Positions 54,853 to 64,000 of a stretch of 64,000 nucleotides of DNA are shown piece by piece; position 1 is the first letter of the stretch; every line of letters begins with the position of its first letter. The notes beneath the pieces are model-generated. The model searched no databases. It saw nothing but the letters and a program-made list of their open reading frames with translations, and was not told the DNA's origin. The stretch lies in assembly GCF_009914755.1 (NCBI RefSeq), contig NC_060941.1; one strand, given 5' to 3'. A program made the position numbers and the translations under genes. This DNA is from the human T2T-CHM13v2.0 reference genome, Homo sapiens.

Positions 54853-55427
54853 TCTCTCTCCACGCCTCTCTCTACGCCTCTCCACACCTCTCTCTACGCC
54901 TCTCCATGCCTCTCCACGCCTCTCTCCACGCCTCTCCACGCCTCTCTCCACGCCTCTCCACGCCTCTCTCTACGCCTCTCCACGCCTCTCCACGCCTCTC
55001 TCCACGCCTCTCCACGCCTCTCCACGCCTCTCCCCGCCTCTCTCCACGCCTCTCCACGCCTCTCTCTACGCCTCTCCACCCCTCTCTCCACGCCTCTCCA
55101 CGCCTCTCTCCACGCCTCTCCACGCCTCTCTCCACGCCTCTCCACGCCTCTCTCCACGCCTCTCCACGCCTCTCCACGCCTCTCTCCACGCCTCTCCACG
55201 CCTCTCTCCACGCCTCTCCCCGCCTCTCTCCACGCCTCTCCACGCCTCTCTCCACGCCTCTCCACGCCTCTCTCCACGCCTCTCTCCACGCCTCTCCACG
55301 CCTCTCTCCACGCCTCTCCACGCCTCTCTCCACGCCTCTCCACGCCTCTCTCCACGCCTCTCCACGCCTCTCTCTACGCCTCTCCACGCCTCTCTCTACA
55401 CCTCTCCACGCCTTTCTCCATGCCTCT
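54853..55427. repeat. Minisatellite of ~52 mostly alternating CCTCTCCACG (10 bp) and CCTCTCTCCACG (12 bp) units
   Basis: Read directly from the sequence; explains the repetitive ORFs on both strands. Confidence 0.97.
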
Positions 55428-55669
55428 GCTGATTTGATTGATGAATGTTGAAGGAGGAACAAGGCGTGTGTAACCCGGCTCTCTTCTTCCTTTTCTCTGG
55501 TGAGCTGGCCCACCTGCAAAAAGTGTGTGTTCTAAACTGATACACCACACCTCACCCTGAGTATTACGAGGATGGCCCAGCTCCACTGAGGAAAGAAGGA
55601 CGCAGTTTTACCTGATTCTGGGGTTCAGCATTAGGTTCTGCCCACTGTCCTGTTTCCAAAACCGTGTTA

Positions 55670-56795
<1,126 letters not shown>

Positions 56796-57704
56796 AAGAG
56801 GAGCAAGTGACCCTCTTGGAGCAGCTGAAGTGATTTAGTCCAAGTCCAAACCGAGAGGAATTGGACCAGGGTGGCCATCGAAGACCAAGCAGCTCAGTCC
56901 CCTCATCCCTGCCACTGTACCTCTTGGGCACACAGAGGCCTTCCTGAGGATGTGATGAGGCTGTCACGAGCCCAGTGACCTGTCCAGGAGCCCTTGTGCC
57001 TCATTGCCTCTCCCAGGTGCAGTGATGGTGGGGCACCTCCCCATGCTTCTGGTGGGAAGCAGGACAAAAATATCCTCTCTTCTCAGATCCCCAGCCCACC
57101 ACGGAGGTCTGTCTGTTGGCCCCATCTACCCCAGAGTGTGGCCTAAGGTGGAACTAGGTGCGAGGCTCATGCCAGCACCTCACTTTCACCCTTCTCCCCA
57201 GCCCTTGCTCCACTTCCCAGTCTGGTGAATCTGTTTCTAATGGAGTTCTTGAGCCAGCCTCCTGGGCTAGGTGTGGGGCTGGGAAATGGAGGGGAAGGAC
57301 CTTCAAATATGCAGGAAGAGGGTAGGGATCCACTCAACATGCTCTTTATATAAATAAACATTTAATAACACCTCGCTTACTCTCCTAAAATGACAATCAT
57401 AAATAATATGCCTTCACAAGCACTTACTTCTTTAAAATCACACTATAGTGCCTGAGCTATACTAGGGAGAAAAAATAAAAGGAAAGCAATTTATAACCAA
57501 ATAACACATATTTCAATCTGTCAGTGCTCAGGTCCCATGACACTAGAAAGCATAATGAAGTGTCAGATGCTCGTCCTTGCATATAATAAATAAGTCTGAA
57601 TTTAAGAAATGTAGAGGATCAGAAATTATTCTGTGTAAGGACAAAAATAAATAAATAGAAGAGCAAAGATATGCTATCAAATGCTAGAATAAGTATTACT
57701 TTAA

Positions 57705-58307
57705 GGCCGGGCATGGTGGCTCGTGCCTGTAATCCCAGCACTTTGGGAGGCCGACGTGGGAGGATCGCATGAAGCCAGGAGTTTGAGAAAAGCCTGACAA
57801 CATAACAAGACCCTGTCTCTACTAAAAATAAAAAATTAGCCAGGCAACAGTGGTGCACGCCTGTAGTGCCAGCTACTTGGGAGGCTGAGGTGGGAGGATC
57901 ACTTCAGCCTGGGAGTTTGAGGCTGCAGTGAGCTGTGATGGCGCCACTGCACTCCAGTTTGGGCAACAAGAGTGAGACCTGTCTCAAAAATAAGTAAATA
58001 AACAAATACTTTTTTTTCTTTTTTTAGATAGAATTTCACTCTTGTTGCCTAGGCTGGAGTGCAATGGTGTGATCTCAGCTCACCACAACCTCCACCTTCT
58101 GGGTTCAAGCGATTCTCCTGCCTCAGCCTCCCTGAGTAGCTGGGATTACAGGCATACACCACCATGCCTGGCTAATTTTATATTTTTAGTAGAGACTGGG
58201 TTTCTCCATGTTGGTCAGGCTGGTCTCAAACTCCCGACTTCAGGTGATCCACCCGCCTCAGCCTCCCAAAGTGCTGGGATGACAGGCGTGAGCCACCATG
58301 CTGGGCC
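57705..58307. mobile_element. Tail-to-tail inverted Alu pair (+ 57705-57995, - 58010-58307)
   Basis: Alu consensus on both strands with abutting tails. Confidence 0.88.
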
Positions 58308-59559
58308 ATAAATATTTTTTAATCTGTGTTTTTTTAAAACTGCAAAAACAGATCACCTTTTGTAGTCTGTACATGTAAAAGAGAGTCAGGGGCTGAGATC
58401 ATGGTAACAGTTTTCCCCACCGTGAACAGCTGGCCCTGCCCACTAAATGGCAGCAGTGCTTCGCAGTCATTGTGAAATTAAAACACTTCTCCCCACGTTA
58501 CTAGACTCACACACACACAATCTTCCCTCCCAGAACCACTGAGTTAATGCTTCAGATATTAACCTGACAAGTCAGTAAAATTCCAACTGAACATTTGGAA
58601 GGATATATGCCAAAATATTAATGGTGCTTTTCTAAAGCAGAAGGGGAATTACAAGAAGCACTCCCTTTTTTCTTTCTTTCCTTTTTACGTTCTGTATTGT
58701 GTAAAATTTTGCTTACAACCTGTATGAACTTTGCAACCAAACCAAAAAAAAAGTCATTTTTGAAGCCAGTGTGTCAGAGCTCCCAGTAGTGTACATGTTT
58801 GTTTTGGTCCTTTCAAGGAGGATTCAAGTCTGCGATGGAGAAACCACCAATTCACTTTTTCAAATGCCAAAACAACTCCGCAGGCGTGGAGGAGACCTAT
58901 CTTGCAGCGCTGTAGGCCCAAGGCACCAGGGAATCCGGTCCAGCTCAGCCCTACAGCTTTGCTCAGCCCCGTCTGCACCGCCGCCCCGTGGCCAAGGGCA
59001 GTACTGCGTCCTCCAAAAGGCAAGGGCGGAGGAGGGGCCAGGGGCCTTGCCCCAGGGGCAAGCTTCTTTCTGTCCCACTGACCACATGGCAGTCTGGTGA
59101 AGTTTATGGACCCCTCTCTCAGTATAATGGCGGGTAAATATATAAATAAAATATATATGCTGGAAAGAAAACTAATACTGGTGAGATGATTCTTAAAACT
59201 CTTTATAAATGTGTAATATAATAATAGCCGTTTCATTATTGTAAATAACCAGCTCTAGGGGCAGGTCTAGGAACTCATTGTTTTCCAAGCAGTGAGGGGT
59301 ATACACGACGTTTCGAGATATCCACAACTTGATGTGCCAGTGTCTGTGATTGTAATTGGTAACAAAGTTGCAGGTACTGCTAACAGTACACTCTGAATAA
59401 GAGGAAAAGCTAAATATTAGAAGTTGATGAAAGTCAATATGTAACTTTTTCCCATGCGAATTCGACTTACAGACCCCTTAGGGCGCACGGACCACAGGTT
59501 AAGGCCCCCTTGAAGGGGCACGAGTTTAGGAGAAACTCTGGTGTGGGTTTTCAGTCCTG

Positions 59560-59770
59560 GAAGGTGAGCCCTGGGGTAGGCACGCGTGGGCGCTCAGAAA
59601 AGGGAAGGCAGAGGCGCCTCCCCGGCTGGGCCTGCGGAGGGATGACCCACACGCCCCTCCCCTCGCTTCCTTGGCCTGGTTTCACGCGACTAGAGAAAGT
59701 TAAAGACCCGTGTGACTGAAGAGGAGCTCACAGTTCCCAGCGTCTGCTCCCACGGTGTCCAGCGCCCAGA
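59560..59770 (+). promoter_or_regulatory. CD300LG: CD300LG proximal promoter / 5' UTR
   Basis: Modest CpG enrichment, KLF/Sp-type CCACACGCCCCTCCCC at ~59647, TATA-like TTAAAG at ~59700, immediately upstream of the ATG. Confidence 0.55.
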
Positions 59771-59813
59771 ATGCGGCTTCTGGTCCTGCTATGGGGTTGC
59801 CTGCTGCTCCCAG
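59771..59813 (+). CDS. CD300LG: CD300LG exon 1 coding part, signal peptide MRLLVLLWGCLLLPG
   Basis: ATG 59771, hydrophobic leader, CCAG|GTGAGA phase-1 donor. Confidence 0.93.
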
Positions 59814-60299
59814 GTGAGATGGGGAGAGGGTCTCGGGAGGGATGTGGGGCTCACCCTTGTGGTCTGCAGGGAAAGGACCTCTTGACTGACTGATAGCCCC
59901 ACCCCACCTATCCTCAGCCTCCTCAGCCCTAGGGGAGCGGGGCGGGCTGGGGGTGGGGGGAGGTGGGGGTGGCGCCGGGGCCGCACTTGCTGTTTCTGGA
60001 ACCTAGAGCCAGGTTTTCTCCAGACCTGTGGGTTTCCCCTCATGGCAATGTGGCTGTGAGAGTTGCTTTGCCTCTCTAATCTTAATTTTTCTACCCTGTG
60101 CCAAGCCTGGAGGCGGACAAGACACCCCATCTGGTTGCCCTGTTAAACTCAGCAAATATTTGTTGAATTTCGGCTATGCCTCTCCCCACAACCCTGAAAG
60201 ATGAAGAATTATCACGTTTCATCAATTCTTTTGCTTTCTTTTTCTTTACCTTCTAACACTTAAAATCAGGATAAATCCTACAACTGATGTCAGTTGTTC

Positions 60300-60830
<531 letters not shown>

Positions 60831-61111
60831 ACACTCAGAAACCCTGCTGGCTATCTGGCTGTCAGATTCTATCTGAATCTAGAACGCCACCCCTGCACCC
60901 CAATTCCTCAATGGGCCAGGGTTAGGGAAACAGCAACAGCCCTGCCCCAAGTTCCCCCAGCGTGGGAGGTTAGTAATGGCTCTTCCAAGGCTGTCCCCAG
61001 AAGGGATGACTGAGAAAAGCCTTCCTTCTTCCTCCTAAAATGGAAGCTCTGGCCTTGACCTTGGTACATGGAGCCTGGTTTTTCCAACCTCCACTCCTGC
61101 TCTGATTTTAG

Positions 61112-61447
61112 GTTATGAAGCCCTGGAGGGCCCAGAGGAAATCAGCGGGTTCGAAGGGGACACTGTGTCCCTGCAGTGCACCTACAGGGAAGAGCTGAGG
61201 GACCACCGGAAGTACTGGTGCAGGAAGGGTGGGATCCTCTTCTCTCGCTGCTCTGGCACCATCTATGCAGAAGAAGAAGGCCAGGAGACAATGAAGGGCA
61301 GGGTGTCCATCCGTGACAGCCGCCAGGAGCTCTCGCTCATTGTGACCCTGTGGAACCTCACCCTGCAAGACGCTGGGGAGTACTGGTGTGGGGTCGAAAA
61401 ACGGGGCCCCGATGAGTCTTTACTGATCTCTCTGTTCGTCTTTCCAG
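61112..61447 (+). CDS. CD300LG: CD300LG (nepmucin/CLM-9) exon 2, Ig V-set domain; gene continues beyond the window
   Basis: 336 nt phase 1-1 exon; VSLQCTY...KYWCR...C...DAGEYWCG has the CD300/pIgR-type four-Cys V domain. Confidence 0.96.
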
Positions 61448-62944
61448 GTAACAGATATCTCTCCTTCCCCAGGCTGGGGACAGGAGCTGCAGAGGGAAGA
61501 GGGAGGGGTGGTGGGGCATAATCCTGGTACCAACATTATGGGCACTGAGTCCTCAGGGAGATCATGCAGGTCAAGCACCGAGCAAGGCTTGGGGCACAGA
61601 AGGAGCCGCCTGAGTCTTGGCCATTGTCTCACTCTTGCTGCCCGAGGTCACACCAGTAGTAGATGTCAGAGCAGGACCGGACCCAGATCTGTCCAGGGCT
61701 GGGCTCGGCGCCTTTCCTTTCTGCCCAGGTGTGCTGGAGGGAGATTTCCATAGGCTGGGTACAAGATAGACATATCAGGGGATAAAGAAGACTCCTCGCC
61801 TGGTGTCAGAGATATTCCTGAGGCCTCCCGAGGCTGGGCCAACCATTGCTGCATTCCAGACCCAGCCCACAGCATCACCCTGGACATGCTGGCCTCGCCC
61901 TGCTTGTGCCCTCAACTCTCCCCTCCTGGCCTCCACCTCCCCAGATATTGAAGTCCAGCCACAGGTGCTAGAGTGCCTGGGAACCAGCCTCTGGGTAGGA
62001 TGCCTGAAGGAGGGATCGTTAAATGCAGGGACACTAGGGGGCCGGGGCTGGAGCTATGGGGCCTGGGTAGGGGATAAAGCACCTCTCTGGGAGCCCAGAA
62101 CCCCAAGTGGACCTGCTGAGCTAAGGAGAAAGAAGCCAGAGAGGGCCCAGGGGAGTGGGAGCCTTGGTCTGCTGGCCAGTGTGGGCGAGGTACATCTTTG
62201 TATCCCCATTTCACGGATGAGGGACTGAGGCTCCAAGAGACTAAGTGATTTGCCCAAGATCTCACAGCAGGAAGTGATGGAACTGGGATTCAAACACAAG
62301 TCGTTTCCAGCTTTGATGTCTGCTTTATTCCTCTCCTAGCCCCATAGCTGGGACCTATCCCAATCCCAGGCCCATCCCTACCACCATAGCCCCTATTTTT
62401 TTTTTATTCCTTTATCCATGGATCTTTAATTTGAGGAAATAAAGTTAAACTTGCCAAATAGCAGCAGCATCGAACCACATTGAATCTGTTCTTCATTATT
62501 TACAAGATTCTCTTATCTCTTCCAATTCTTATCAGTGTTCACATGTCATTTCTACCAGTTATGATCAAGTTCGCTTGTGTTTTAGGTTTACCCTCATTTG
62601 TAATTCTTTATTTGTGTATGACATGTGTATTGCTATATTATCGTCCTATATCGGACTCTATTGGCCTCTCTCTGATGGCAGTTGGGATGTTGAAAATGAA
62701 GAAGACTGACGACAGTGATGTGCTGGTAAATGTTTAACAGGCTGGGGATGCTGTCATTTTGTGGTGTTTTCCAATTTCTGTGGTGTCCATTTCTGTGGTC
62801 CAATTCCCATGGCCAATTTCCAGCCATCGACAGTTTAACACGATCTCACCAACTCCTGAAAAGTTAACAGTGAGCTCTTGTGAGTCAGTGCGAGCCATCT
62901 CCAGCACACCATTGAGTATGGTGAACCATGAGAAGAATTTCTAA

Positions 62945-64000
<1,056 letters not shown>

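Noticed and set aside
54676-55586. Repetitive ORFs (STPLHASPRL..., AWRGVERRGE...) and CRISPR-like appearance
   Set aside because: Translations of a stop-free minisatellite; no unique spacers or cas genes, and the DNA is eukaryotic
58754-59236. 160-aa ATG ORF antisense and upstream of CD300LG
   Set aside because: No recognisable domain or splice structure; cannot be supported without expression data

Overview
Primate, almost certainly human, genomic DNA from the MPP3-CD300LG locus (chr17q21.31 from memory). The minus strand carries the complete MPP3 gene (MAGUK p55 subfamily; L27-L27-PDZ-SH3-HOOK-GuK). I traced 18 coding exons with GT-AG boundaries that splice to 1758 nt (585 aa + stop), two probable 5' non-coding exons in a CpG island (~45.2-46.25 kb) and an AATAAA near 13.37 kb. 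The plus strand carries the first two coding exons of CD300LG (signal peptide, Ig-V domain), transcribed divergently. About 2.2 kb beyond the MPP3 3' end is a full-length, inactivated ~6.1 kb L1PA-type LINE-1 nested inside an older Alu, with target-site duplications readable at both levels. The rest is dense Alu, old L1/L2/MIR, LTR and MER DNA-transposon sequence, plus a ~575 bp CpG-rich 10/12-mer minisatellite between the two promoters. I see no wholly new multi-gene system. The best leads are splicing features of MPP3 (UGC-flanked microexons, a candidate 33-nt cryptic exon, a stop-free in-frame intron, an upstream polyproline N-terminus), the L1 antisense promoter/ORF0 facing the MPP3 3' end, a tiny Y4-RNA retrocopy, a perfect 30-bp inverted repeat and the minisatellite. 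Repeat family names come from recognition by eye and their boundaries are approximate.
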